A stretch of DNA of 64,000 bases from an uncultured candidate division Zixibacteria bacterium (GTDB lineage Bacteria; Zixibacteria; MSB-5A5; GN15; PGXB01). A program made the position numbers and the translations under genes. The notes beneath the pieces were generated by a model. The model saw only the letters and a list, made by a program, of their open reading frames with translations. It ran no database searches and was not told where the DNA came from. Below are positions 10,695-20,029 of the stretch, piece after piece. The stretch lies in NCBI GenBank assembly GCA_963702205.1, contig OY969724.1, positions 3,648,001 through 3,712,000 of the forward strand, read 5' to 3'. How positions within the stretch are numbered: the stretch's first letter is position 1; every line of letters begins with the position of its first letter.

Positions 10695-11541
10695 CCTTTC
10701 CGATGGCCTCGTTCATAGATCCCGTCCGATACCCCTCCAGATCGACCGCGACATACTTGAATCCGGCTTTCTTTATTTTCTCGATCAATATCTCTTTGAC
10801 TCCGCTGCTGAATACGCGCGGCAAATCCTTTGGCCTGAATTCCAGGCGGGCCACGTCGTGGTGGTAGCGCACCCGAAATCCCTCGAATCCGGCCTCACGG
10901 ACCGCCGTCTCGGCCTGGTCGATCATGCGTAGTCTTTCCGGGGTAATCGATATACCGTACGGTATCCGCGACGCCAGACAGGCCGCGGCCGGTTTTTCCG
11001 CGAACGAAAGATTGTTGTCGCGGGCGATTTCGCGAATATCATCTTTGGTCAGTCCGGTTTCGCGCAGCGGCGAAACAACGTGCTCTTCACGTGCAGCCCT
11101 TAGGCCCGGACGATAGTCGATCGTATCCGATAAATTGGTGCCGTCGAATATGACGGCCATGTTTTCTTTTTCCGCGATGGATTTAAGTTCGGAGTACAAT
11201 GTATGTTTGCACCAGTAGCAGCGATCGGTCGGATTCTTGACATAGTTTTCGTTATCCATCTCGCGGGTGACTATAAAGCGATGGCGGTTGTCAGGCAAAC
11301 CAAGTTCACCGGCGATTTTCAGAGCTGATTCTTTTTCGCCGGTGGCGTATGACTCGGACAGCGAAGTCGCCGCCAGTACATTTTTGGCGCCCAGCGCATT
11401 AATCGACGCCCATAAGACGAGCGCCGAATCCAGGCCACCGCTATACGCCACGAGGGCATTATCGTACTGCTTGATGAATTCTATGAGCCTGTTCTGATTA
11501 TTTTTTGCCAAGGCTAAAATCCACTCTTTGCGGTCTGCCAT
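10675..11541 (-). CDS. larE: LarE-family ATP-dependent sulfur transferase (PP-loop)
   Basis: AYSGGLDS, RCYWCK, DYRPG, ACLASRIPYG, DLEGYRTGSMN; start uncertain. Confidence 0.9.
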   Translation of the reverse strand: MADRKEWILALAKNNQNRLIEFIKQYDNALVAYSGGLDSALVLWASINALGAKNVLAATSLSESYATGEKESALKIAGELGLPDNRHRFIVTREMDNENYVKNPTDRCYWCKHTLYSELKSIAEKENMAVIFDGTNLSDTIDYRPGLRAAREEHVVSPLRETGLTKDDIREIARDNNLSFAEKPAAACLASRIPYGISITPERLRMIDQAETAVREAGFEGFRVRYHHDVARLEFRPKDLPRVFSSGVKEILIEKIKKAGFKYVAVDLEGYRTGSMNEAIGKDERRDR

Positions 11542-13261
11542 ATTCAATGCGGTAAACCGGCAGATCGACGTTTTCCCGGTTACTGCCAAATGATACGTCG
11601 CCGGCCACGCCGTGGTAACCTTTGATTGACGATAAATAGCGGGCTATGTCCTCGCGGGAAAAATTTCCGTTGGCGAAAGCATCGCATAATAGAGAGGCGG
11701 CGTCATAGCCGAGCGCTTCCAGTCGTCCGGGTTGATGACCGAAGCGCTTGTCGAAATCGAAATAGAACTGCCGAACCCGTTCGCTTTCATCGTCTATGAT
11801 GCGGCTCGAAGTGAAATAGTGCATTCCCAAAACGTTTTCGCCCAGATCGTACACCAATTTCTGGCCCCACCCGTCGGCCCCCAGCAGAGCGGTTTTCAAA
11901 TTATAAAACTGAATCTGAGGCAGAAGCAGTCGCAATTGAGTTGCTTCGGCCGGGATATAAATGCAGTCGATCCACACCGGCACTTCCTCGGGGTCAATCG
12001 TATCACCCTGTTCGTTTATGAATATCAGCGAATCGAGCAACTCTCCGAGTATGAGCGATTTTATGTCTTTGACAAACGGCCCGAAATCGGTTTCGCGGAC
12101 GCGGAAATATTCCACTGCCAGGATATGTCCGCCGCGAGCCTTAAACCGGTCGGCAAACGCGCGAGCCATCGACAGGTTCTCCGGCGACGTCGGCGTCATG
12201 ATGGCAGCCGTATCGGCGCCGAGATAATCAATGGCGAGGTCGGCCATGCGCACGCCCTGCCAGTCGAGGTTCGGAGTCAACTGAAAGCAGGTCGAAGACA
12301 GCTCGGTCAGGTCGGCCTGCCCGGCCGCCGGTGCGATCATCGGCATATCGCCGCAGCTTAAGGCCGCCGAGGCCACCGCGGTCGCCTCCGACGTCAGCGG
12401 CCCGATCACGGCGCCCACGTCTTCGGCCGAAAGTCGTCGTATGATGCGCGCCGCTTCGAGCGTCTGTCCCTCGGTATCGTACACGACGCTCTTGACATTC
12501 ATCCCCGATGAATCATTGCACTGCTCCACACGAAGTTTTATGCCGTTGAGGATGGCATCACCGTACGTCTGCATTTCTCCCGAGAGCGGCAGCACCGCCG
12601 CGATTTCCGCTTTCTGTTTGACATACTGTTCGGCGTCGGTCTGAAGAGCATGGGCTTCGGCCGACTGGCACGATGACAGCAGTGATTTGATCGGTTGATA
12701 ATTTTTCTCACTGAAGAGCTCGCGGGCGAGTTTAACCAATAAATCACAACGGCGCCCCGATGGAATCGGCGCGGCGATGATGCGCTCCGATGCCTGCGAT
12801 CCATAGTCCGCCACCATACCTATTAACGCCTTCACGGCCAGGTCGGTGAGACGTTTGTCGTTCGATGAATTATAGGCTTTGATATAGGCATCCAGAGCCG
12901 GGCCTACCTGTTCAAGACGATAGTTGACGTTTCCGAGGAAATAGTAACCGTACGGTACATAAGACGACGTCGGGTACGCGCCGATCAGGCGCTCCAGACC
13001 CATACGGCTCTCGGTATACAAACCGGCGTACCAGGCCGCCTTGGAGCGGAAAAATAAATATTTATCGATATTTCTGGAGCCGGAATAAGTTTCGGTCAGT
13101 TGAAGAAGGCTGTTGTACGCCGACAAATATTCACCCGATTGCAGAAGATCAAAGGCATCGTTAAACGATGCACTCTCGTGATCCGCCCGGACCGGAACCC
13201 ACGCAAAAAGAAAAATCAAAATTGCGGCCGTGACTGCTCTGCGTACCATAAAATTCATCAA
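11498..13261 (-). CDS. Exported TPR + periplasmic-binding-fold protein (LppC/PBP-activator-like)
   Basis: Signal peptide, TPR helices, AVLPLSG, VIGPL, ALGYDAA. Confidence 0.8.
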   Translation of the reverse strand: MMNFMVRRAVTAAILIFLFAWVPVRADHESASFNDAFDLLQSGEYLSAYNSLLQLTETYSGSRNIDKYLFFRSKAAWYAGLYTESRMGLERLIGAYPTSSYVPYGYYFLGNVNYRLEQVGPALDAYIKAYNSSNDKRLTDLAVKALIGMVADYGSQASERIIAAPIPSGRRCDLLVKLARELFSEKNYQPIKSLLSSCQSAEAHALQTDAEQYVKQKAEIAAVLPLSGEMQTYGDAILNGIKLRVEQCNDSSGMNVKSVVYDTEGQTLEAARIIRRLSAEDVGAVIGPLTSEATAVASAALSCGDMPMIAPAAGQADLTELSSTCFQLTPNLDWQGVRMADLAIDYLGADTAAIMTPTSPENLSMARAFADRFKARGGHILAVEYFRVRETDFGPFVKDIKSLILGELLDSLIFINEQGDTIDPEEVPVWIDCIYIPAEATQLRLLLPQIQFYNLKTALLGADGWGQKLVYDLGENVLGMHYFTSSRIIDDESERVRQFYFDFDKRFGHQPGRLEALGYDAASLLCDAFANGNFSREDIARYLSSIKGYHGVAGDVSFGSNRENVDLPVYRIEYGRPQRVDFSLGKK

Positions 13262-13749
13262 AGCGAATATTTGCCAAAATCTTCCGGATCAATTTTCCTC
13301 AAACGGTCGGCCAGTGATTCCGGGTCATTGGTCATTTCGGGCGGCTTCTCGGGCGACGCCTGCAGATTGAACAACTCCTCGGCGGCGAAAATCGGCGCAC
13401 CCATCTTCAGCGCCAGCGCAATAGAATCCGACGGCCTCGCGTCTATCTGAAGTTTTTCACCGTTCGAAGCAATGCTGATTTTGGCGTAAAATGTCTGTTC
13501 CTTCAGTTCGGTAATCTCGACCCGCTCCATCGTGGCTTTCAAATGGCCGATGATATTTTTCAACAGATCGTGGGTCATCGGTCTCTTGGGACTTACCCCG
13601 GAAAGTTCCATCGCAATCGCCCAGGCTTCGCTGTGGCCGATCCAGATCGGCAGTACTTTCTTACCCTCCAGCGGCGTCAAAATGATAACGGGCGAATTGG
13701 TGGTGACATCCAGAGCCAGACCATCGACCTTGACCTCGAGCATCGCCAT
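13258..13749 (-). CDS. Bifunctional nuclease family protein (DUF151)
   Basis: LPIWIGHSEA, RPMTHDL, IDARPSDSIALAL. Confidence 0.92.
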   Translation of the reverse strand: MAMLEVKVDGLALDVTTNSPVIILTPLEGKKVLPIWIGHSEAWAIAMELSGVSPKRPMTHDLLKNIIGHLKATMERVEITELKEQTFYAKISIASNGEKLQIDARPSDSIALALKMGAPIFAAEELFNLQASPEKPPEMTNDPESLADRLRKIDPEDFGKYSL

Positions 13750-13751
13750 GA

Positions 13752-14198
13752 TTAAGCCTTTCTTATGACCCAGACCTTGACGTTGGCGACAACGTCCTTT
13801 TCGATCTTGACCGGTATCGTATAAACCCCGAGCGACTTGATCGGGTCTTCAAGCGTGATATGGCGCTTATCGACTTTGATCCCTTCGCTTTCGAGAAGCT
13901 CCGCTACGTTCTGAGCCGTCACCGAACCGAAGATTTTATCTTCCTCGCCGACCAGGACTTCGATTGTCAGCGACATCTGTTCCATCTTGTCCTTGAGCTT
14001 TTCGGCTTCGTTGCGAAGCTTCCGCTCGCGGATTTTGTTCTGTTTTTCGATCTCCTCGATCGCCCGGACGTTGGCCTTGGAAGCCATAATGGCCAGGTTG
14101 CGCGGCATGAGGTAATTGCGGGCATAGCCGCTCTTGACCTCAATTATTTTCCCGGCCTTGCCCAGATCGGGAATATCCTGTTTTAAGATTACCTTCAT
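13752..14198 (-). CDS. rplI: 50S ribosomal protein L9
   Basis: MKVILKQDI..LGKAG..VKSGYARNYLMP; KIFGSVT. Confidence 0.97.
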   Translation of the reverse strand: MKVILKQDIPDLGKAGKIIEVKSGYARNYLMPRNLAIMASKANVRAIEEIEKQNKIRERKLRNEAEKLKDKMEQMSLTIEVLVGEEDKIFGSVTAQNVAELLESEGIKVDKRHITLEDPIKSLGVYTIPVKIEKDVVANVKVWVIRKA

Positions 14199-14220
14199 CT
14201 TTATATCCTTTCGATTATTA

Positions 14221-15147
14221 TCAACCAATCAGGCGCGCCTTGACCTTGCGAAAATCGAAATAGCTGTCCGCAAAACCGACCAGGGCGGCCAAAATCAATC
14301 CCGGAACCTGCAAAAGTAATATACCAATATAAAACAAAATTCTCAAGAAAAGCGACAGGCGTATTTTCTTCAAATAATATTCCAGGACCGAAAATCCGAA
14401 CACGGCATAGAAAAACCCGATAAAAAGTATGACATTGTCGGCAACAACTTTCATGACCTCCGAGCCAAGCAGGCGCAGGACCAGAAAAATCCCGATGCCG
14501 TAAATATAATATTCGGGCATTTTCCAGTATAGAAAATTGCGGAAAGAGGGAGCATACTCGTCGAGACTTTTAAAGAGTATGATCAGCCCCACCCAGCCGA
14601 CAAACAACTGGGCCACGGCCGACAGGGCCATCAGCGACGGCAGCAGTCTTTTGACCAGAGCCACGAATCCCTGCATCATATCGCGCGCCTCGGCGACCCG
14701 TGCCTGGGAGACGCTGCCCATCGACAATCCGTTTTCGAAATAATCATAAGCCTGATTCAAGACGCTATAGTACAAGTCTTTTTCGGTCCAGAACATTATC
14801 ATCGTCGCGGCTACCGAGAAAAAGGCCGCTATCATGAACGTCCGCGACGTCGGCGCCCCGGCGTTCAACAGCCAGCCCATGACTGTCGCGGGAATCAGAA
14901 CCGATCCCCACATAGCACCCAAAGGCAGGTTTAAGCCGAAAACCGAGGCCGCCATAACCAGCGACGCCAGCGCTCCGGCAATAAGAATCACCGCCCTCCG
15001 ACGGAAAGCCAGGTACATCGCCGCGAACATGGCGCCCGTCTGGACGACATAATTCACGACCGGGATATAGGCCAGAAGTGGGAAAAACAGAATGGTCAAT
15101 ATTCCCAGCACCGTGACGATTTTGTCTGCCGGACTCCAGTCGAACAT
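14221..15147 (-). CDS. DUF2232/YybS family membrane protein
   Basis: Multi-TM; C-terminal G-x-x-DSYFDFRK; sits between rpsR and rplI. Confidence 0.85.
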   Translation of the reverse strand: MFDWSPADKIVTVLGILTILFFPLLAYIPVVNYVVQTGAMFAAMYLAFRRRAVILIAGALASLVMAASVFGLNLPLGAMWGSVLIPATVMGWLLNAGAPTSRTFMIAAFFSVAATMIMFWTEKDLYYSVLNQAYDYFENGLSMGSVSQARVAEARDMMQGFVALVKRLLPSLMALSAVAQLFVGWVGLIILFKSLDEYAPSFRNFLYWKMPEYYIYGIGIFLVLRLLGSEVMKVVADNVILFIGFFYAVFGFSVLEYYLKKIRLSLFLRILFYIGILLLQVPGLILAALVGFADSYFDFRKVKARLIG

Positions 15148-15161
15148 GGCACTATCCGCGA

Positions 15162-15395
15162 TTAACGGTAAACCTCGCTGACAAAGGGCAGAATGGCCAG
15201 ATGACGGGCTCTTTTAATGGCCCGGGTTAACGCCCTCTGATGTTTGGCACAATTTCCCGAAACACGACGCGGGACTATTTTGCCGCGTTCGTTGATGAAC
15301 CGTCTCAAAATGCGGTCGTCATCGTATGGGATAAAATTCATGTGGTCTTCGCAGAAACGACATATTCTGCGTCTTTTTCTCTCAAAATCCGCCAT
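15162..15395 (-). CDS. rpsR: 30S ribosomal protein S18
   Basis: [29 protein letters not shown]. Confidence 0.97.
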   Translation of the reverse strand: MADFERKRRRICRFCEDHMNFIPYDDDRILRRFINERGKIVPRRVSGNCAKHQRALTRAIKRARHLAILPFVSEVYR

Positions 15396-15502
15396 TTTAT
15401 TCCTCATTAAGTTATATGCAAATTAAGTTCAGATTATCATTTTCGAACGAACTCCTCCCCGGAAGACGGCAAGGAATTCCCGAACGAATATCGAGAATGG
15501 TC

Positions 15503-16033
15503 TTACTCTTTGTCATCCGAATCATTCTTGTATTCGCCGCCGTTGCCGCTTTCTTCGCTTTCGTAAGAAACTCCGGGATTGTCTTCTGCTTTGTCTTCGA
15601 CTTTTGTTTCGACTTTTTCTTCAGACCTGGCTTCGGCTTTATCTTTCGTTTTTTCTTTGTCTTTTTCCGAATCGTCGCCGTGACTTTCGTGGTGTTTCTT
15701 GACTTTCGGCATAGGTTTGGAAACCTTGCCGGTTTCTTCGTCGAGTGTCCCTTCGAATACTACCGTCAGGTAGCGGATGTAGGCCTCTTCGAGGCGGTAG
15801 AAACGATCAAGCTCGGCCAGGACGCTGTTGTCCCCCGTAAATACCATGCGGGCGTAATATCCCTGGGTGTACTTTTTGATGGGATAAGCCAGCCGACGGA
15901 TACCGATACGGTCCTCATCGAATATCCTGCCATTGTACCTTTTAATAACTTCCGAGACGGCGTTGATTTGACGATCGAAAGTGGCTTCATCAGCCTGGGG
16001 ACCAAGAATAAACGTGGTTTCGTACAAGCGCAC
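15503..16033 (-). CDS. rpsF: 30S ribosomal protein S6 with long charged C-terminal tail
   Basis: MRLYETTFIL, G-x-RRLAYPIKK, GYY; GTG start with GGAGGT RBS. Confidence 0.95.
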   Translation of the reverse strand: MRLYETTFILGPQADEATFDRQINAVSEVIKRYNGRIFDEDRIGIRRLAYPIKKYTQGYYARMVFTGDNSVLAELDRFYRLEEAYIRYLTVVFEGTLDEETGKVSKPMPKVKKHHESHGDDSEKDKEKTKDKAEARSEEKVETKVEDKAEDNPGVSYESEESGNGGEYKNDSDDKE

Positions 16034-16038
16034 TAAGG

Positions 16039-16087
16039 CACCTCCCTTCGGACTATCGGCCCCGGTTATTCGTTTTCCGGAGCAGGG
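16039..16087 (-). ncRNA. S6:S18 autoregulatory leader RNA of rpsF
   Basis: CCCUGCUCCGG-loop-CCGGGGC-CG..UAGUCC..GGGAGGUG: hairpin, CCG and anti-SD pairing as in the known S6:S18 leader; overlaps the pth 3' end. Confidence 0.7.
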
Positions 16088-16653
16088 TTATTGTTATATA
16101 TTGTCATCGCCTCTTCGAGGCGATTGGTTAATGAATATAATACGGCTTCGGCCGATTTTTCAAGCATTTTCTCGACTTTTTCGGACGCGGTAGAATCGAA
16201 GCTGCCCAATACAAAATCGACCGGATCGACGCCTTCCGGCACCGGCCCGATCCCGAGGCGCAGCCTCGCAATATTTTCCGTGCCCAGATGATAAATTATC
16301 GACGCCATCCCGTTGTGTCCTCCATCGGAACCGGCCAGACGAATCCGGAGTGTCCCCAGAGGGAGAGCATAATCGTCATAGACAACCAGGATTTTATCCA
16401 AAGGAATTTCATATTTCTCGACAGCCTCGGCAACCGCCCGCCCTGAATTATTCATGTATGTGGTCGGCCAGATCAGACGGGCCGTATTGTCACCGAATTT
16501 CTTTTCCAGAAGATAAAAGTCGCCCGGACCGGGCCGGGGCCGGGTTTTCCATTTATCCGAGATTTGGCTTAATGCTTTGAATCCGAGATTGTGCCGGGTT
16601 TCGGCGTATTTCTGGCCGATATTGCCCAGCCCGACAACGAGAGAGACGCTCAT
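16066..16653 (-). CDS. pth: Peptidyl-tRNA hydrolase
   Basis: VGLGN..YAETRHNLG, PTTYMNNSG, GGHNG. Confidence 0.97.
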   Translation of the reverse strand: MSVSLVVGLGNIGQKYAETRHNLGFKALSQISDKWKTRPRPGPGDFYLLEKKFGDNTARLIWPTTYMNNSGRAVAEAVEKYEIPLDKILVVYDDYALPLGTLRIRLAGSDGGHNGMASIIYHLGTENIARLRLGIGPVPEGVDPVDFVLGSFDSTASEKVEKMLEKSAEAVLYSLTNRLEEAMTIYNNNPAPENE

Positions 16654-16690
16654 GCCGAAATTTCCCGGGTGTCAAACCAACGGATTAATA

Positions 16691-16736
16691 GCAGGTCGGG
16701 TTCCGAGTGAAGCGAAGCGAAACGAGAAACCCGACA
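16691..16736 (+). repeat. Single REP (GCAGGTCGGGTT...AACCCGACA)
   Basis: Same stem as 31247, 32572 and 34820; loop carries a GCGAAGCGA module. Confidence 0.75.
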
Positions 16737-16860
16737 GAAAAATGTTGGCTCCTGAGATTCTATGGCGAAAATTATATGCATTTTGGATTTACATGTAACC
16801 ATAACAAGTTTCCAAAATACGGAGAAATTTGTCGGGACGCAAACATGAAGCGTCTGAATT

Positions 16861-17496
16861 TTATTTGAAACCGAGGGTCAAAAGAAGTTGCGGGCATTTC
16901 TTGAGCAGCTCTTTGCGGATCTTGACACGGGCCCGGTGTAAATACCAGCGTACAGTCGCCTCGGGCATGTTCATGACATTCGCGACGTCGTTGATATGAC
17001 ACCCGTCGACGTCGCGCAGGATAAAAGCCGACTTTTGCTTGTCGCTCAGCGATTCGGCGGCGTCGGTGATATACTTTCTGAGCTGGTCCCGCTGAAATGA
17101 CTCTTCGGGTGAGTCGTGCTTTTCGTCGGCCTGTTCCTGTATATTTTCAATCGATTCGTGCTGGTGACGATGGTGCTTGCGCATATAATCGATCGAAGCA
17201 TTAACCGTAATGCGGTAGAGCCACGTATAAAATTTCTTCTTCTCATCGTAGCGCCAGATATTGCGGCTGGTCTTGACAAATACATTCTGGGTGATGTCCG
17301 CGGCTTCATCGTAATCGCCGACCATTTTATAAGCTAGCGAGGCCACCTGATTGCGATACATCCGAACCAGTTCACCGAAAGCCCGGTCGTTGCCGCCTTT
17401 GATATCCCGGATTATCTCCTTGGTCTTGATCTCCAACTGAATGTCTTCAGGGGTCGGGACTTTTCTTTTTGACTGTTTAACTGGCATTACTTCCAT
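16861..17496 (-). CDS. ECF RNA polymerase sigma factor
   Basis: Region 2 (AADITQNVF, FYTWLYRITVNASIDY) and region 4 (TVRWYLHRAR). Confidence 0.93.
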   Translation of the reverse strand: MEVMPVKQSKRKVPTPEDIQLEIKTKEIIRDIKGGNDRAFGELVRMYRNQVASLAYKMVGDYDEAADITQNVFVKTSRNIWRYDEKKKFYTWLYRITVNASIDYMRKHHRHQHESIENIQEQADEKHDSPEESFQRDQLRKYITDAAESLSDKQKSAFILRDVDGCHINDVANVMNMPEATVRWYLHRARVKIRKELLKKCPQLLLTLGFK

Positions 17497-17542
17497 TTCA
17501 CTCGTTAAAAGCAGATAATTTTTGTTCTCTTTTCCCTATTTA

Positions 17543-17568
17543 AACGTACCCCGTTTAAATAATGTTCC
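17543..17568 (-). promoter_or_regulatory. ECF-type promoter upstream of the sigma gene (possible autoregulation)
   Basis: GGAAC-17bp-CGTT on the minus strand. Confidence 0.55.
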
Positions 17569-17634
17569 ATTAATTCCCGACTTTGTTTCGTATATTTGGG
17601 CCGATTTTCGATGATCTGCCTGCTTTCGGGCAAT

Positions 17635-17655
17635 AAAAAAAGACCCTTGCGGGTC
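17635..17655 (-). terminator. Terminator after M23 gene
   Basis: GACCC-GCAA-GGGTC followed by T7 on the minus strand. Confidence 0.6.
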
Positions 17656-17684
17656 AATCCTTGATTCAAACCGATCGCCGGCAG

Positions 17685-18587
17685 CTAATTATTCAGGATA
17701 TATTCCAGAGGATTGACCGATTTATTGTCCTTGATGACTTCGTAATGAAGATGCGGACCCGTCGAATATCCGGTCGAACCCATCAGGCCGATCAGGTCGC
17801 CCCGGCGGATTTTCTGGCCCCGCTGTACTTTAATCTGACTCAAATGTCCGTAGCGCGTGCGGAAACCGTAACCGTGATTAATCTCAATCAGCCTGCCCAG
17901 GTCACCCAGGCGTCCGGCCGTCTTAACTACCCCGTCGGCCGTGGCATAAACCGGTGTCCCGGTTTTGTTGGCGATATCGATTCCGGCATGGAAACGCTGA
18001 TAGCCGGTGAAGGGGTCGTTTTTCATGCCATAACCCCGGCTCATATACCCGCGTGTCGGCATGATCGACGGCGTATGATCCAGAATGGATTTCTTCTCGA
18101 CAAGGGTGTTGTAGACCTCTTCGTATTTAACTTGCTCGAATTTGGCCAGCCGCAGCAATCCCTCGACGTCCTGCTCCGTAGAATGGGCCAGGCGGATGGC
18201 CTCGGAGAAGTGCTCCGGATTTATACGGCTCGACGGCCCCCCAATACCCAGTTTGCGTTCGTCGGTGGATATTTCCGGCAGATTGAAAATATTGCGAATG
18301 ACTATTTCCTTGTTGACCAGATCGCCGTAGATGTGGTTGATCTGGGCGACTTCGCCTTTTAAATCATCATATTTGTCGGACAAAATTTGATTCTCCGTCT
18401 GGAGGCGGTCGATTAAATGGGTATCCGATTTCGATTTGAGATATGATGATGTCAGGTAGATATTGGCGGCCACAAGCACGACCACCAGAAACAGGCAGCT
18501 ATAGATAAGCCGGTGCGGTATCTGGAACTGCCGCGTACTTTCCCGGCTGCCGCCGATAACAATTATGGATAGTTTCTTATTCGCCAT
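17685..18587 (-). CDS. M23 family metallopeptidase with N-terminal TM and coiled coil
   Basis: HAGIDIA, TRYGHLS, STGPHLHYEV. Confidence 0.93.
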   Translation of the reverse strand: MANKKLSIIVIGGSRESTRQFQIPHRLIYSCLFLVVVLVAANIYLTSSYLKSKSDTHLIDRLQTENQILSDKYDDLKGEVAQINHIYGDLVNKEIVIRNIFNLPEISTDERKLGIGGPSSRINPEHFSEAIRLAHSTEQDVEGLLRLAKFEQVKYEEVYNTLVEKKSILDHTPSIMPTRGYMSRGYGMKNDPFTGYQRFHAGIDIANKTGTPVYATADGVVKTAGRLGDLGRLIEINHGYGFRTRYGHLSQIKVQRGQKIRRGDLIGLMGSTGYSTGPHLHYEVIKDNKSVNPLEYILNN

Positions 18588-18716
18588 CAGCAAAAATCAT
18601 CTAACACAAACCTCACAACAAAGAGGCCCATTTCAAGTTCCGGCCAACATATATCGAAAATGCCCTTTAGTCAATAAAAAAATCCGGGGCCGATTTGGGG
18701 CCGTTGTCGGTAAGTG

Positions 18717-18860
18717 CTACTTGATAAGCTGGAAATCCTTATTTAAAATCTTATTCACTACCTTTATAAATTTCTCGCCTGAAAGGCTCTGAAGACTATA
18801 CAGGTGCCAATAGACCTTCCGTGGCAAGATGAAAACATCCTTTTTCTTATTTTCGGCCAT
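18717..18860 (-). CDS. Small basic protein (47 aa, MAENKKKDVFILPRKVYWHL...), not in the ORF track
   Basis: GGAAGGAAGGA RBS, ATG and open frame to TAG, in an otherwise empty gap. Confidence 0.55.
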   Translation of the reverse strand: MAENKKKDVFILPRKVYWHLYSLQSLSGEKFIKVVNKILNKDFQLIK

Positions 18861-19236
18861 TTTGATCCTTCCTTCCCGTCCGTCCCGGGTCTCGAGGGAT
18901 CACAAGTATGGCCTAATCCCTATATCGACCCGTTTCCGGATTATTTAAGCTCCGGGTGCTTTATTTCCGAAGTGTAGTCTTGCATATAACATGCCTTGTA
19001 AACGCAGTGTCCGACATTTGCCAGATGATCTGTTATATTATTGTGCCATAACAATATAACGTGATGCTCAAAATTCAAATTTTGACTAATTCCGGCTTTT
19101 AAATTCAGAAATTGTGGGTAATATTCTACAATGTGATGGTTCTTCACGGATGGCCGGTGTATCGTTCTTGACACGGCCCATTTTTAAGGATAAATTGCCA
19201 TGACTCCAAAATCGCCAATAAATGAGGACCATAGCT

Positions 19237-20010
19237 ATGATATCCATGAAAGGTAAAACAGTCTTAGTATCGGGAGCCTCGGCCGGAATCGGCTATTTCA
19301 CGGCCGTCACGTTTGCCCGCGAAGGCGCCCGCCTGATCCTGGCCGCCCGGCGGGAAAGCCGCCTCGAACGGCTGGCCCAAAAATTAAATGAAGAATATGG
19401 CACGACCAGTTTGTGCCTGAAAATCGACGTTCGTCAGCAGCGCGACGTTATAAAGCAGCTCAACTCCCTCCCGGCCCGCTGGCGCAAAATCGACGTGCTG
19501 GTCAACAACGCCGGACTGAGCCGGGGGCTGTCCAAAGTCCACGAAGCCGACCTGACCGACTGGGAAGAGATGATCGATACTAATATTAAAGGTCTTTTAT
19601 ACGTCACCCGCGTGATATTGCCGTGGATGGTCAAGCGCGGCTCGGGGCACGTCATCAATATCAGCTCCATATCCGGGCACGAGCTTTATCCCGGTGGCAA
19701 CGTCTATTGTGCCACCAAGTTTGCGGTCGACGCCCTGACGAAGGGGATGCAGATGGATTTGGTGGATACGCCCATTAAAATATCGTCGGTCGATCCCGGT
19801 ATGGTGGAAACCGAATTTTCGATAGTGCGCTTCCACGGCGACAAAGACAAAGCCAAAGACGTCTATAAAGGCTTCAAAGCGCTGACCGGTCAGGACGTGG
19901 CCGAAGCGGTATTGTTCTGCGCGACCCGCCCGGCCCATGTCAATATTAATCAGCTGCGTATCATGCCCAAAGCCCAGGCCTCAGCCCTGATAAATTATAA
20001 GGAAAAGTGA
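19237..20010 (+). CDS. SDR oxidoreductase (YdfG-like)
   Basis: SGASAGIG, NNAG, YCATK, PGMVETEFS. Confidence 0.93.
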   Translation: MISMKGKTVLVSGASAGIGYFTAVTFAREGARLILAARRESRLERLAQKLNEEYGTTSLCLKIDVRQQRDVIKQLNSLPARWRKIDVLVNNAGLSRGLSKVHEADLTDWEEMIDTNIKGLLYVTRVILPWMVKRGSGHVINISSISGHELYPGGNVYCATKFAVDALTKGMQMDLVDTPIKISSVDPGMVETEFSIVRFHGDKDKAKDVYKGFKALTGQDVAEAVLFCATRPAHVNINQLRIMPKAQASALINYKEK

Positions 20011-20029
20011 CCAAGTTGTAATATTCGCC

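Noticed and set aside
20011..20024. 14-mer CCAAGTTGTAATAT shared with the NYN leader hairpin (56270-56283, minus strand)
   Set aside because: No hairpin partner at this site, and several chance 14-mer matches are expected in 64 kb; not enough to claim a shared element.
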